Positions 49,170 through 63,281 of a DNA stretch of 64,000 nt are shown piece by piece. The stretch's first letter is position 1, and each line of letters begins with the position of its first letter. The notes under the pieces are model-generated. The model worked only from the letters and a program-made list of their open reading frames with translations, ran no database searches and was not told the origin of the DNA. The DNA is from Takakia lepidozioides (lineage: Eukaryota; Plantae; Bryophyta): NCBI GenBank assembly GCA_030704615.1, contig CM060733.1, positions 59,396,001-59,460,000 of the forward strand, written 5' to 3'. Position numbers and translations under genes: made by a program.

Positions 49170-50640
49170 TCCTCCCCCACATCATGTGTAACACAAAGCG
49201 TGGGCATGTATCCTGCCTCCTTCATCAGTCCATTCAGCTCAGCATAGATTTCACGCTATCTGGATGGAATTTGTCATCTACTAGGAATGTATACAACTTT
49301 GTTCTCCATGCAGTTACGCCCGGCTCCGTTCTGACACCTGTGTCTTTCATCATTGCTGCATGGTGGACCTTCTTGGCCGTGTAGGGCGATTGGGTAAGGC
49401 AGAGGACCTGATTGATAAAATGCCAATCAAACCAGATGATTCGGTGTGGGTGGCCTTGCTTGGTGCATGTAGAATTCATGGTGATGTGGACCTAGCAGAA
49501 CGTGTGGCAAAATGCCTTTTCAAGTAGGATCCACAGCATGCTATAACTTACTCTGTGCTGCTATCGAACATCTATGCCGCGGTTGGCAGGTGGGACAATC
49601 AAGCCTTCATCCACCAGGCCAGCATGGCTACCCGCAGTGAGAACACCTACAAGGTAATTTCATCCGGCGTCAGGCCTTCCTTTTGCATTTGTTCAAATAG
49701 GTTAAGTGCCTCCCGAGCACACCCATGCTGAGCATATCCTGCAATAATCACATTCCATGGATCCGGGTGGGCGCCGGATGAGAGTTTTGTTGTGGGATTC
49801 TTACAATGTGAAGAACTGTCATACAACAAATATACTTGCCTTATTTCCCCACAATACAATTTCCTTGTCAGCTTTGCATGCCAAAGCCCATAATGACATG
49901 CTTCACATTTTATTCCCAATGTTATGCTCCCAATAACCACGGCCCTAATAACCCGTACTGTTATTCTCCTGAAAATCGCTGCAAAAATACGGGCATGCGG
50001 CTTCTGTCAGGACTCCGACGGACGACAGCACATATTATTCTGACCCAGGGCTGCTAGAGGCCTGCAACTACTGGACGAACACTGGGACGATTACAATACG
50101 TTGAACCATATAATGATGCGTGTCAAGTATTTGACAAATTGGCTAATCGAGATGTGTGCTCATGGAGCATGATGATCACAGGATATGCTCAGCATGGATG
50201 TGGTATGGAGGCTTTCGAGGAGATGATAGGACAGGATCCCATTCATTTCCATTCTCAATGCATGTGCCAGCGAAAGTGGAATTGCACCAGATATCATCCT
50301 GGACCCTTCTTGACATGTATGCCAAATGCGGGAGTGTCAAGGATGCTTGCCAAGTGTTTGACAACTCAGCCCATCGAGATGTGGTCTCATGGAATGCAAT
50401 GATTGCAGGATATGCCCAGCTTGGGTGTGGTAGGGAGGCTTTGGAGATCCATGAGCAAATGATGTGGGAAGGGCTGACATCTGACAACATCATCTTCATT
50501 TGTATTCTCAATGCATGTGCTAGCCTAGCTGCCCTGGGAAAGGGCAAAAAGGTTCATGCTGACATTGTGAAGGCTGATTTCATGCCAGATATCATTCTGA
50601 AGACTGCCCTTGCTGAATTTATGCCAAATGTGGGGGCCTG
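49170..50640. pseudogene. Scrambled PLS-class PPR (E/E+) fragments on both strands
   Basis: Plus strand: CMVDLLGR...WVALLGACRIHGDVDLAERVA...LLSNIYAAVGRWD and LLDMYAKCGSVKDACQVFD...DVVSWNAMIAGY. Minus strand: WNVIIAGYAQHG and YTFLVDDKFHP. Confidence 0.85.
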
Positions 50641-51529
50641 AAGGATGCGCGTCGCGTGTCCGACAATATGGGTCGCGTGTCGACAGATGTATGTATTGGT
50701 GTCTACCTGAATGCCTCGTTGGTTCAAAATGTGCAGCGCTTCTTTATGCCATCCTACCTTACATAGTGTCTTTACATCCCTGTAAGTGCCAGAATAGTTC
50801 GCATTGACTCCCTCTCTTGGTCCCTCAAAAGCACTGGTGAGGCTGGAGGAACTACCCCTGCTGCCGGCCTCATGTCCAACAAACAGCTGTGCTTTGTAGG
50901 ACCTTCCAATCCAGCATGACTCAAAGCTCTTAGTTACAGAGCTTTGTACTCAAACTAACTCATAACATGCTCGCAGATACTTCAAAGAAAGAAGGAGCTT
51001 CATGGTGTACATCAACATTGGAAAAATCACCAGAATGTGCTTGTGGTGAGTAGCTCTGCTTTCGTCCATGCAGGGTTTGACCATTCCTCAATCAAAAGGA
51101 CCTCCTTTGTGCCTTTATGCCTGAAGTCAGGTGACCTTGGACTTCTCTGTGAAAACCACCACCGGGCAGCTGAGTAGCCTCAGTTTCAACCACAGCCTCC
51201 CAAAGCTCAGGCGAAAACCATGAAAACTCTAAGCATCTTCTGAATAAAAGGGAACAACCTAATGTTGAAGAACTCAGTGAGGGGCTTCTCTAATGAGGGA
51301 GAAATTGTCATAACTTAACAACCGATGATATAATCCCCTTCAGTCACAAGCCCTCTTCGACATTCACGTCCTGAATGAAGATAACCTCACCTTGTCAAAC
51401 CTGTTGTCGCACCACTGTGAAGGATCTGAGAAGAACTCCTGCCAGAGTTGCTCTTTAGCTTGAGCTGCTTGCAACTACTCTACAGGTCATACTATGTGAG
51501 CCAATTATGAATCATCCCAATTCTCTGGG

Positions 51530-51730
51530 AAGAATGTACTCATAAGACGCAGTTTGCCATAGCCTTGTGGCCACTCTAGTGTGGGCAGAAGAAGAGGGGA
51601 CAGACACTACCTTTGGGGACTTACCTTGATATAAACAATTAGTTTGGGCTTTCCAGATTTCCTCTAGAACGCCCTTCACACATGATCAATCTGCTGTGTG
51701 TGAGCTGCCCAGGAATCAGATCCCAACAGG
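51530..51730 (-). mobile_element. Short LINE 3' fragment
   Basis: Reverse complement matches the 3' end of 46600-46827 (TGGCCACAAGGCTATGGCAAAC...CTTATGAGTACA). Confidence 0.75.
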
Positions 51731-54439
51731 GCAAGGACTTTATTCAAGGTAGTCCCTGCCCTAAGTTTACATTTCAAGAATGTACTCATGCCGTTCCCTA
51801 CAAACATTGGCTGGCTCCAAGATACAAGATACAAGACTTCGAGTTACAAGACTTCGAGTTTAACCTGTAATGTAGAGGACATGTGAGCACAGATATGACA
51901 CAGACATTTCTTTGGTCCTCCAAAGTTGTTCGGAGCCACCCTTGCCAGTCACACTGATGGATGAACACTGAGAAATGTTCTCATCGCCCTTCTTCTGCGA
52001 ATATTGACTAAAACTTCACCTTGATGACGACGTCCCTGTTGGATGTCAATCCACTTGTGGGGTTTCCACCTACCAGGGTATGGATAGCCACCCTTCCACA
52101 CACGCCATAGTGTTTGCTCATTGCCAACAGTAATCTGGCCACAGAAATGGAGTATCAATGTAGGGCATGCTAGGAAGTACTAAGTTGATTCCAGCAGTGC
52201 TACAGCCCCATTCGCCACAACCCAGATCTGGTGTAATTGATATCCTTAGAATGTAGTATGTAGGGCAAGACCAGGCAGAGAGAAAGAGGAAAAAGAGAAG
52301 AGTTGAAGGAATGAGAACCCCCCACATCAGCATTACTCAATAAGACCCAAGTCAATGAGTAGCTGGTAAAGAGCAATGTACACCACAGTACAGGGAGGCT
52401 ATTGTCATTTGTCTAAGTTCTCATGGACAGGCTGCAGCTTGTCCAACCTTTGTTGTGCAGGTAGTTGCCAGTAAGAATATGTTAACAAGAGGTAAACACA
52501 ACATATTGCGTTTAGTGTTTCCTTGTCTAGCTTTGACCTGCATGTACCACCTCTCTCTCTCTCTTGGATAGAGCTTCCAGGATACTGCGGGGCCTGGAGG
52601 GCGTCGCTTAGACTCCCGTTATTCTACAGCCCTTGCATGCCCATGATGTCAACTTCGTCGACCAGTGTGCGACTAGTTTCTGCTCAATGACAATTCGGAG
52701 CCTGGATCGCTCCGACACATACAATCCAGAGACCGAAAACAGAACACACTAGGAATTACATGTCCGTACCTTTCTTTGGTTGCTCTCATACTGGAAGGGG
52801 TTCGTTGCCATCACTTGCAAGGGTCTCAAGCCAGACATTGCTGAAGTGACCCACTTCAGCTGCACTGCCTGGTCCTTCAATGCGCTGCATGATGTGGTTC
52901 CACCCGACTGTTCCCCGCAAGAAGAAGATAGGGCCTTGGGTCAAGCTTCTGCATCCATACCTGTGACCGTGAGGAAGGCGATACTTGATCACCTCTCAAA
53001 TCCTTGCTCAATACTCACAGACAGGATGAGAAATGGTCACACCCAAAGTTGTCTCCAAATTATATGTGTCCATTTTGACGACAGCTAATTTGGAGGTCCA
53101 GCTTGTAAGCCACCCACAACAAATGGGATAGTAAGTAATGAGGATCTGGTTGTCATGATTTTCTTCTGTTCTCTGCTCGAGTTCAGCTATGGCTGCCTCC
53201 AACCTCCAGTCAATGTCATCAAGCACATGCCCAGGTTCAAACGCATGGTTCAACACCGAACTGCCTCATGCTTTGCTCTTAGGCGAAGTGTATCGCTAAA
53301 ACAGAAATGGGTTCACTCAAATGTGTCAGGGAAGACAGGCTCATCGTTACGCAGTACTCCAAGACTTCAGGTGAGAAATGGGTTCTCACTTACCTTAGAA
53401 TTAGGTCGTGGGAGGGTAGCGTGCATTTGAAACTAGTTGTGAAAATTTGCACCACTCTTGCATGTTGCATGCTATTCCTTGGACTGTTGAAATGTGTTCA
53501 CCTCCCTCTGACCATTTTACAGCAGATAGGCATAAGGATTTTTAAGTTTGAAATTTGTGACTCAATGATATGATGCTTGTTTAGTTCATCGATCTGTATG
53601 GGCTCAGCTATCGCTTTATTGTTTGAATTCAGGAAAACTCGCGTTTGGTTTACTTGATTTTTGAGTTTGTCCCCGCCCAATATTCAGTTGGGTAGGTGAG
53701 AGCTGTAATAAGGCCGCATTGTGGGGTTATGTCCTTAGCAGTGGGAGAGTGATTTGAGAACCTATACCTCATCAGGAACGCTAGTATGAGAGAAAGTATG
53801 CAACAGTCGCTCAACGTTAATGAAAACCCACGGTTTCATGAGGGTTCTGAGTCACATCATACATTTGACCGGGAACCACCCGTAAGTAAGTCGTCTGCCC
53901 AACCCGCTGTCTCTCAACCACCTTCTCTCTTCACTTCAGCATGACAGAACGCAGCCTGAACTGAGGGGGAATTGAACCCCATGATCTGCCCCTTTCTGCA
54001 CAGTGTCCCCCCTCCCAAACAAAAGCAGCCAGATAGCCCCACACCCCACTAATGCAACAAACCATGTCATGCCCCAAAGAGTGGCAAACCGTTCAACCAA
54101 AAGGAATAACCCAGTTCACGGTGTATCCTCCAATCATCCACCCCCAACCAAAACAACCAAAACAAAGCTCGAGCAGCCCAGCAATGCATACCCAACCCAA
54201 ACAGCAAACACCCATCCCCACGAAGAGCCCAACTCATCAAAGCTGGAAATCTCAGTGTTCATTGAAACACTCAAGGAAGGGACTCATACACATGGCACAC
54301 TCCACATCAAAACCCCTGCCAAGCAACAAATGGTAGCATGGTAAGATGACAACCATCACACAGTGAAGCCCACAATCGCACAATACACACTCACAGGCAG
54401 AACTCAGGAAACCAATGAAACAAAGAAGACAACTACCTT

Positions 54440-55000
54440 TCACGTACATGATGGGCCTCCCGCCAACACGCACCAAGGCATAGAAATGAATCTTGGCACT
54501 ACGAACAGTAGTGATGCGTGCAACAATGGCAAACCACGCACAAACGACGAAGGGCGAAATGTAACATCTGGTGCACATCCGAAGCCCCTAGCACCACGAT
54601 AGTCGTCGTTGTAAGTGAATGAGTCATGGCCAAGCAAAACTCTAGGTCATGAGACATAGCTCGCACGCCCATGCCATTCATGCATGAAACATGCAATATA
54701 AATGCATTCACCATAGTGGTGTCGAGAAAGAAAAAAAACCTATGCCACCACTTCATCATTTTTAGTTGCATACTATACTATAAGCTGCTTGGAACTGGTC
54801 TTGCACATCCACACCACGCATGTAGGTCTTATACTGCACATGCATTGGCACAGACGGTACCGAGACCTTGGCATTCCCCACAAAATGCTTCACACTCACA
54901 GGAGTTCAGGCCCGATGCTTGGTCGAGCCCCCCATAACACCATGAACACCCCCTTTTTGTCCCACCAAAGACATGCAGCAATTTGTCGGGTACTATGCAT
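54440..55000 (-). mobile_element. piggyBac-like DDE transposase C-terminal fragment (degraded)
   Basis: Minus-strand frames give LWWDKKGVFMV, YKTYMRGVDVQDQ and KWWHRFFFFLDTTMVNAFIL, typical of DDE_Tnp_1_7 C-termini. Confidence 0.65.
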
Positions 55001-55129
55001 TTTGAACCAAGTATCTCCTCGTGTAGCAGTCTTGCTTTATTTCAAGCATGTCAAGGAAGGTGGCAGTCCCTTTCTATTCAACCTTACTGTCTCAATGGCC
55101 TACGTCCCTTTCAAAACCAAGTTATACAA

Positions 55130-55990
55130 CAGTTGGGGACCTATCAGAGGGCGTCATTTTCAGCTGCATACGGATTGGAGCATGCTAGGGCTTGGAGCGG
55201 TGCTCACACAGGTGGATGATGAGTGGAGAGAGTTTGTAGTAGCTTATGCTAGCCGCTCGAACAACGCTGCAGAGACAAAGTACAGCTCTTACGAGGGAGA
55301 GTGGTTAGCTGCAGTGTGGGTCGTGGCACACTTCAGGTGCTATCTATATGGCAACCTCTTTACCCTTGTCACGGATCACCAGCCACTCAAGCGGTTGATG
55401 GAGTCAGACAAACTTACGGGAAAGCTTGCACGGTGGGCACTCATACTCCAGGAGTATGACTTTCAGGTGGTACATCGACCTGGTATAGTCAATCGGGATG
55501 CTAATGGGATGAGTCGCAATCCATGCACGAGCCAACAAGATGACACTGGAGCTCGGTGGGCATGGTGAGACGGACAAAGAGCTGGTGCCTGGATGGGATT
55601 TCTGTGTATCTTGCAGCGGAATGCCAGGTTGGACCTACAACAGGGATGATTGTAGACCAAGTGTCTGAGGACCCTTAGGCCAGCGATGAGCCCGATGGCG
55701 CCAGAGATATACATGAGGATTCAGCTGTGTTGGACTATCTCCGCACTGGAGACACGGCAGCCACTGTGACTGCCAAGGAAAGGGATCGGATCCTACAACG
55801 AGCCAAGAGGTTCAAGTGGGAGGGGACACACATGCTCCGAGTATGGGTGGATGGTCGAGTGAGGATTGTGCCTCACCCAACACAGCGGGCACGGTTAGTG
55901 CGGCATGCCCATGAGGAGTTGGGGCATTTTGGGGTGCGACACACTCACAGTTTACTGCAGAGGCAGTATTAGTGGCGTGGTATGCACATG
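55130..55990 (+). mobile_element. Ty3/gypsy RNase H and integrase HHCC fragment
   Basis: FQLHTDWSMLGLGAVLTQ...VAYASRS...YSSYEGE...FTLVTDHQPL...LARWALILQEYDF, then HAHEELGHFG. Cut by LINE sequence. Confidence 0.9.
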
Positions 55991-57235
55991 GGATACCCTT
56001 CAGGTCATCCAGGATGTCCTCCCCCATGTCACAATCTGGAAACAGGTTCAGGGATGTTTTCTGCCTAACTTCTTTTTCATTACACAATTTTGTGGCAGGA
56101 CACATGGCTTTGGACACTACAATCTCTAAGTCACATGGTTCCAACAGGGTCAAGACTTGCTGGTCCACATTCAGATCCTTGAGAGTCTCTTCTAGTCTCT
56201 TCTGCCAGGACTTGGTCTGTTTGGCTGGGCGGTCCTGTTTCCAAGATATAGAGTCGATTAACTTACGATATCTGGTGTAAAGACGTGTTGCAACAGACTC
56301 CACCATCTCACCTTGAAGTCATCTCCTCGGGAGGTTAAGAAATGGATGCCAAACTTACCATGAATAGCCACATTGGCTGTTTTGGAGCATGCGGACATCC
56401 ACTCCTTAAGCACACTTGGAAGGATACTGCAGACCTAGCCTCGTTGGAGTTATCAACCCATATAGCAAATGCGTACTCCAATGCAGGTCCAATGACGTGA
56501 CAAAGCAACATTTCCTTGACCTAAAAATTAGTCCCTCTGCACACAGTGGTAGACCCTTCGGTTTTTCCACGATGTCCTCCCCCATGTCACAGACTGAAAA
56601 CATGTTCAGGGATGTTTTCTGCCTAACTTCGTTTTCATTACACATTTTCTCTGGTAGCACTCACTTCCGTGGACACTACAGTCTCTAAGTCGCATTTATC
56701 CAGCAAGATGAAGACGTGTGGGTCCACATTTAGATCCTTGAGAGTCAGTTCTACTGTCTTCTGCCAAGACTTGGCCTGTTTGGCTGGACGGTCCTGTTTC
56801 CAAGATATAGAGTCGATTAACCTACAATATCTGGTGTGAAGACGTGTGTTGCAACAGACTCCACCATCTCACCTTCAATTAATCTCCGCAAGAGCTTAAG
56901 GAAGGGATGCCACACCCACCCCAAAACAGCCACATTGGCTGTTTTGGAGCATGCGGACATCCACTCCTTAAGCACCCCCACTTGGAAGGATTCTGCAGAC
57001 CTAGCCTCGTTGGAGTTATCATCCCATATAGCAAATGCGTACTCCAAGGCAAGTCCAATGACGTGACAAAGCAAGGTTTTCTTGACCTCAAAGTTAATCC
57101 CTCTGCAGTGGAACAATTTAGTGAGACTCAGCGCTTTGCCCTTTCTGTTTGAACAACTTTATGGATATGTGCATCCCAGTCTTAGTTTGAGGAGAACTCA
57201 ATGCCCAGAAAACATGAACACGAGTAGGGGTATAA
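55991..57235 (-). mobile_element. Rearranged, partly duplicated LINE fragments (same family as 45761-46827)
   Basis: Two partial copies of LEY...IW / DSISWKQDRP / EVRQKTSLN, plus RT motif FLGIEF...WDAHI near 57200. Confidence 0.8.
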
Positions 57236-57584
57236 CTCACCCCATGCGCAGCGGGTTTGTGCCGTTTGCGCATCTTTTGGAGAGACTCTGCAGATGGAGG
57301 TGCAGTTTCCGCCGAACTGTCCTCCACGTCGTCGTCGTCGCCCATGCTGTACTCGCTTGTGTCAGAATCCAAGCTCAAAGACCGCCCACCGTGCCGCCTT
57401 CCCTCTCGCACCGAGGCCATCTTCAGTGGATTCAGTCGAGCCAGGCGGGGGCTCCTTCGCACCGGGGGGCTGGAATGTGCAGAAGTGGGAGGAGGCGATG
57501 CTGCCTTGGCGGTCGAGCACTTCTTACTAGGTGTGGACATAGACCATCAAAGACAAAGACGAGCGAGGAAGACCAAGACACAAG

Positions 57585-58030
57585 GTGGAGGTGCATGGAA
57601 ATGGAGTCATCAATGTTGGCTGCGAAGGTAAGGAACACTGGCAGCGTGATTTGCGTGGCCTGGCATTGCGTTACCTTGACTCAAGCGTACAAGACATTGA
57701 CCAGCAGTCCCAGAGTGCCATGTCAACAGTAATAGAGGGCATAAATGGAATGTACGAGTACAGACCTATCCCTGCCAATCGTGATTTTATAGTCAAGCAA
57801 TGTGGAAAGATAATGAACGGAGAAAGAGCAAAACTGAAAGATAAATGGGCGAAGACTGGTGTGAGGCCAATGAACATTGAACCTGCCTATTGGGATAAGC
57901 TTGTTGCCTACTGGGAGTCCCCTCGTGGACTTGCAAAGGCCGAAGGGATGAAGCAAGCGCGTGCTTGTGTCACGAACCCCTCGCGTTGGGGCCGGGCAGG
58001 AGTTGCAGGCCAAGCAGCCCCTTTGGTAAT
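57585..58030 (+). mobile_element. CACTA TnpA/Ptta-like ORF fragment
   Basis: ERAKLKDKW...PMNIEPAYWDKLVAYWESP...MKQAR...SRWGRAG resembles Transposase_24-associated sequence. Confidence 0.55.
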
Positions 58031-59519
58031 CCCCCACACCCCCTTCTCGTTGCTCTTACGTTGTGGCATGTTGTGATGGAAGAGACACCCACGAGTGGGT
58101 TTTATCCCTTGTGCAAAAGTCCAATCCACACATCACATATGCAAACCATACACTAGACAAGGAGGGGGGAGTGTGATCACACACCCCCCCCAAACTTGGG
58201 TGAAGATCCGGTCGTTGTTGATTTCAAATAGGAACACGTGTCGTGCATCCGACACTATGGCCTTTTCGACTTTGAGACATTTCAAAATAACCACTTACAA
58301 TCCTCCAGACAACTAGATGTAGTGATTCACACAACTGACATGGATCCGTTAACTTTATTTTGTTCAAAATTGGGCGAAGGAAACACACTGCAACGATGCC
58401 GTGTATGGCTCCACTTTACATGCATTCTTGGAGAAAATGCGCATGATCAGAGAGAAGTGAACACAGTGCTCTGCCAAATAATTTAGCAAAAACAAACTCA
58501 ATTGTAGTGGTTCTCCCATCGCAGAGAAGGGTCCATTCGACACCCATCGCACCATGCCAAGTTTAGGTCCTCACATACACACCTGCACACCGAGAATTTG
58601 CGAACCCACATCAGCTGGGAGAACATGGAAATTACCCCGTGGATCACATGCAAGCATGAATGGGAAATGGAAGGAGAATTGCAAGGGAGATTTTGGTGTA
58701 CCTGCGCGACGTGCAACTTTGTCTACATACTCCATAAGTCATTGACCCAAGACCCAAGTGGACAGGGGAGGCCAGTGAGTCTGTACCACAAATGGTAGTC
58801 ATACAGCAGAGGGTACTGCCGCCCAACTCGCAAAAGCCGCCGGCTGCAGGATGCTAGGCATGCGAACTCTGGCACAACACGCCTCCTCTGCACCCCACTC
58901 TGTCCCAACCAGTGCAAAACAACCGTGCATGCATTGACTGCCCTCTGGCTTTCTTTGGAGAGCACGACCGAATCCGTGATGGAATTTGACCTTCCAGTAC
59001 ATGATTCCTCAATCCGTCTCGCTCTTCCGTTGAGGGTGGCGTTGGGCAAACTACCCTCTGCTACAAACTTTTGATCGTAATGCGATTTTGAGAGACGAAT
59101 CGATGCAGCCGGAAATTGTGCAGACGATGACCGTCGATGAGTCGAGTTCACTGCGCATGGCCTGAGACAAGTGGCGCAGGTTATGGCCTTGTAGTCGGGT
59201 TGTTCATACTTCAATGCACACATTTCATACACATTCGACCATATGCCCAAGATCACGACGCCCTGAATCGTGAAAATTGAAATTCCACGTACGTTCTCCA
59301 ATTCCTCACACACACACACGAACTGTAGAGGCAGGTGGTTTTCTAGGATGTCGTTGTTTGAGCCGATTTTGGTCATTTCTCTCAGTGTCTTGTTGAAAAG
59401 ATTCCAGTTATGATGGGAAGCATCTTGATGGCTTTTAAATGGTTTGCTGTTGAGTGTAACTTTCCATCATGTTCTGGAATCTACCAGTTGGTATAAAATG
59501 TCAACTGTCTTCTGTGCAC

Positions 59520-59725
59520 CAGACTGAAATTTAAACTTTGGTGAGGAAGCCTACCTTTGGACAACAAACAGAAGCTGAGAGGGATGAGAGAGTGCTATTG
59601 CCCGTTCTGTGGGCTCCACAAACACAATATTTATTGTCTGATTCACTGCCTGGGATGCTATCACCAGACAGACCACCGGATATCCAAGCTATCAATTGAA
59701 TTGTGCCTGCACCTGTGTTTACCAT
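59520..59725 (-). mobile_element. LINE fragment
   Basis: AGACTGAAATTTAAACT...GGAAGCCTACCTTTG resembles 46365-46405 on the plus strand (strand assignment uncertain); degenerate. Confidence 0.35.
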
Positions 59726-60450
59726 AATTGAGAGTCTTTAGGCCTTTTGGGGCTCCGTTGATGGGCAATATATACAGCGAACACATGATTGTGTGAATAG
59801 ATGTCTATTGGATATGTGGAAAACCCGGATGGATGTTTTGTTTCCTGGTAAGTTTCATGTGGTACCGATGTGAACCCATCCACATTCCGCTTCTTCACCA
59901 ATGAATGGCCTTACATGTTATGAGGACATTCTGTCCCTCTCCTTTTCATTTTTTGGCACTTGCGCTGCAGGGGAGTGGGTTTGAGGTATGCTGCTTGTGG
60001 TTGTGGTTGTGGGATGGTTTGTGCTCTGGTGGCGTTGTGTTCAGTAGGACTACAGCTGATGCACCTTGTGTGTGGGATGTTTTTGGTAGCGGAAGGGGAG
60101 TGAAGCTGCAGCAAAGCACTCCAGCCACCATACAATGCCAACCAACACAACCCTTGGCACCCACCCCCTGCCGCATGGTCTCCACAGCAGAGTGCACCAT
60201 GGGGAGCCCCCCCTGCTTCGGGGTCATGGCGCTGGCTTACTGATGCTAGCACGTCACAATGGGGGCCTCCCACATCTCCATATGGCCCTCCCCCCTCCGG
60301 CACACATCAGTCACCCCCCACAACGCATGACGGCGCTGCTCCAGAGCATGGGGACAGGAAACGGTCATCAGAGCTGAGGAAGGAACGACGCCATGCCATG
60401 AAAAAGTGGGAAGGAGATGAAGAGGGAAGGGTGGCTGCAGGGCTAAAGCG

Positions 60451-61000
60451 CGGCCCCCTAGCTGGTGGTTAGGTCCCTCTAACGCCAAATAGCTGCAAGA
60501 TGTAATAGCCACAGCCTCGTTAAGTCCTCTACCACTGTTCTATTGTACTCAAACTCTATAGACCAAGAGGCCAGGTACAAGAGTAGCCCCATCGTTAGTC
60601 GCCGTCTTGCAATCTGTGAACTTGAGTCAATGATCTCGTGTATTGGTCTCCTAGTAACTTGGCCTTACGTTTCTTGATAGCATTCCATGGTTGTATCCAC
60701 TGCCATTATCCCATGCAACGCGGACATAACCTCTTGCGCATCGATCATACACCAGCATGGTGGCTGCCTCTCTGGGAGACCCACACAACATGCACCTCAA
60801 ACCTGCAGGTACCACCGCCAAGTTTGGGTCAATCCTTCCATCAACATTTGGAAGGTGACATGACGCGCAATTACGCACATGGTCCTTCCAAGTCATGCCA
60901 TCCCGACCTTCCAAGATCAGGACTCGTGAGGGCAACACCTCTTGAACCCTTAAAATAGTACGTCCTGCAGTCACATCCAGGGTCGTCAGAGCAGTCTGCT
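60451..61000 (-). mobile_element. Third copy of gypsy integrase-PHD 3' region, ending at PPT
   Basis: ORF 60651-60974 is near-identical to 340-620. TTAGAGGGACCTAACCACCAGCTAGGGGG is present, the terminal repeats are absent. Confidence 0.85.
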
Positions 61001-61176
61001 ACATGGAGGGTGACTTAATCGAGTTATCGGTTAAGTCAAGGGGATGGACGGTGAGTTAGGCCATTGACGGTGGTGAAATGGGAGTGGCAGAGCCAAATTG
61101 AGGAGTCTCTGCAAAGGAGAATCCGGCCCCCTGCAACGGCGTGCACAAACTGCATTGAAGAGGCTCCCCAACAAAA

Positions 61177-62900
61177 ATGACTTCCCCTCGCCCATGCGGA
61201 GGACTTTCAATTAATCACCCCTGTAGACAAAACACCCGGGATGACAGGTTGCGGGAAAGAGAAGTGGTACATGCCCGAGCCCTTGGGCTTTCAAGGATGC
61301 CATGCCCATGTGAACGTTGTTTGGGCACTACAAGTAGATCTGAGGACGGTGTGCGCACACATCTCCTTCACCACAAAAGACATGAAGCATTTTGGGTGTG
61401 GATTGGAGATGGACCTGCAGACTCCGACGACGAGGAGTGGGCACAATTGGACAATGCACACCCCTGGGGGAGCCATACAGACACGCCAGTTGAGGACTAT
61501 GTCATGGGCGCAGGACATGAACCAGGCATGGACGGAGGGGTGGAGATTACTCGAATGTTGCAAGAAGCATTCCACATCATGGACGATGCTGAAGAGGGGG
61601 ACGGCGCTGTGACAACTGGGAATGGTGATGACGCAGGAAATGAAGGCATTCACGTGGGGGCACGCGTGGAAGGAGGTGGAGATGGAGATGAGAATTCGGC
61701 GCACATGACACTAGAATAAGCATGTGTGCCACTATACGAGGGATGCAAATCCACAAAGCTTGCTGCCACCATGTTGTTGATGAACCTGTGCACAACCCAC
61801 GGTGTCTTAGACCATTTTGTGGACGAGTTGTTCTCTTTGCTTCGGCTGAACTTGCTTCCACAACCAAATGAAATGCCAAAAAGCTGTCACATGGCCAACA
61901 AAATGATTGGGAAACTCGGCCTCAACTACGTGAAGATACATGCATGTCCAAAAGGACATGTACTTTTCAGAAGAGAGTACAAGGACGTTATGGAGTGCCC
62001 CAAATGCGGTGCAGCCCGGTACCATGATGTGGGCAGGTTACAACAGCTAGCCAAGGTGTTGAGGTATTTTCCCCTTATCCCCCGTCTATTACGAATGTAC
62101 AAATGCAAGACCATTAGTGAGCTCATGACTTGGCATTCCAGGAATGCCTCAAACGATGGTTTGGTAAGGCATGTCCCAGATTCCCTTGCATGGAAGCATA
62201 TAGATGCAACTTGGCCCGATTTTGCCAAGGACCCACGCAATGTGCGATTGGCTGTATCTACGGATGGAGTAAACCCGTACGGATCAAAGAGCTGCACACG
62301 GTCCACATGGCCCGTGCAGTTGGTGGGATACAACCTGCCACCATGGTTGACAACAAAGAAATTATTTGTCATGTTGTCTCTCTTGATTCCAGGCAAGGAG
62401 TTCGTGACAAATGCAAACATAGATGTGTATTTGCAACCATTGATTGAAGAGCTACAGGAACTATGGATTGGAGTTGAAGCTTACGACATTTTGAAACCAG
62501 TAGGGCAATGGAGTTTCACCCTCCGCGCCATACTCATGTGGTCAATCCACGATTTCCCCGCATATGGCCTTGTTGCGGGTTGCAAGACGAAGGGCTACAA
62601 AGGGTGCCCCATTAGTGGGCCCTATGTGGATTCACGGCACTCAAAGCCATTGGGGGTACATGGGGCATCGACGTTACCTTGCAAGAAACCACCCCTACCG
62701 ACGAGTAGGAAGGCACTTCAATGGATGTGTTGAAAGGAGAATGGCACCAAATGTTGTGACACCGGAGGAGACATTGCAATTTGCAAAGGAGAAAGAGGCG
62801 TTCATGGAGATTGGAGGGAGAGAAGGAAGTAGTGCGGATCCAGCCATGGAGCATGGGGTGAAGCGCCGGACAATCCTTTGGGATTTGCCATACTGGAAGG
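61177..62900 (+). mobile_element. CACTA (En/Spm) Tnp2/TnpD transposase, degraded
   Basis: CPCERC...VRTHL, PLYEGC, IHACPKG, YFPLIPRL, WPDFAKDPRNVRL...TDGVNP, YNLPPW, IDVYLQPLIEELQELW, DFPAYG. One stop and a frameshift. Confidence 0.92.
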
Positions 62901-63281
62901 TGCATGAATTCCCCCCCCACATTCACTCACTTTCTTTCACATTGTGCTTCCTGGAATTACCTTTACTGTCAGGAGTCCTTCCACCAACTCCTAAGTCAGT
63001 GTAACTACTATGCAGTAGATGTTGAAGTCATACACCTCACTGTGGAGACCTGCGGATGAGATATCGCGGTTTTGGATGAAATTTGGTCAGTGACGGATGA
63101 AAAATCGACCGACTGTGGATATTTTTGGAGCCTTTTGGGGGCTTGTTTGAGGACTATTTGGGGTCTATTGAAGCTAATATCTTGCAGGGTGGGTCTGCAC
63201 CAGCAACAATGGAAATATGTCAGCAACTATGGGTATTCAACGACAACACGGACGAAGACAAATGAAAGTTACAGGAAATAC

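Noticed and set aside
53955-53990. B-box-like GGTTCAATTCCC on the minus strand (possible SINE)
   Set aside because: No convincing A box or cloverleaf.
58723-59376. 217-aa ORF on the minus strand
   Set aside because: No recognisable motif or splice support.
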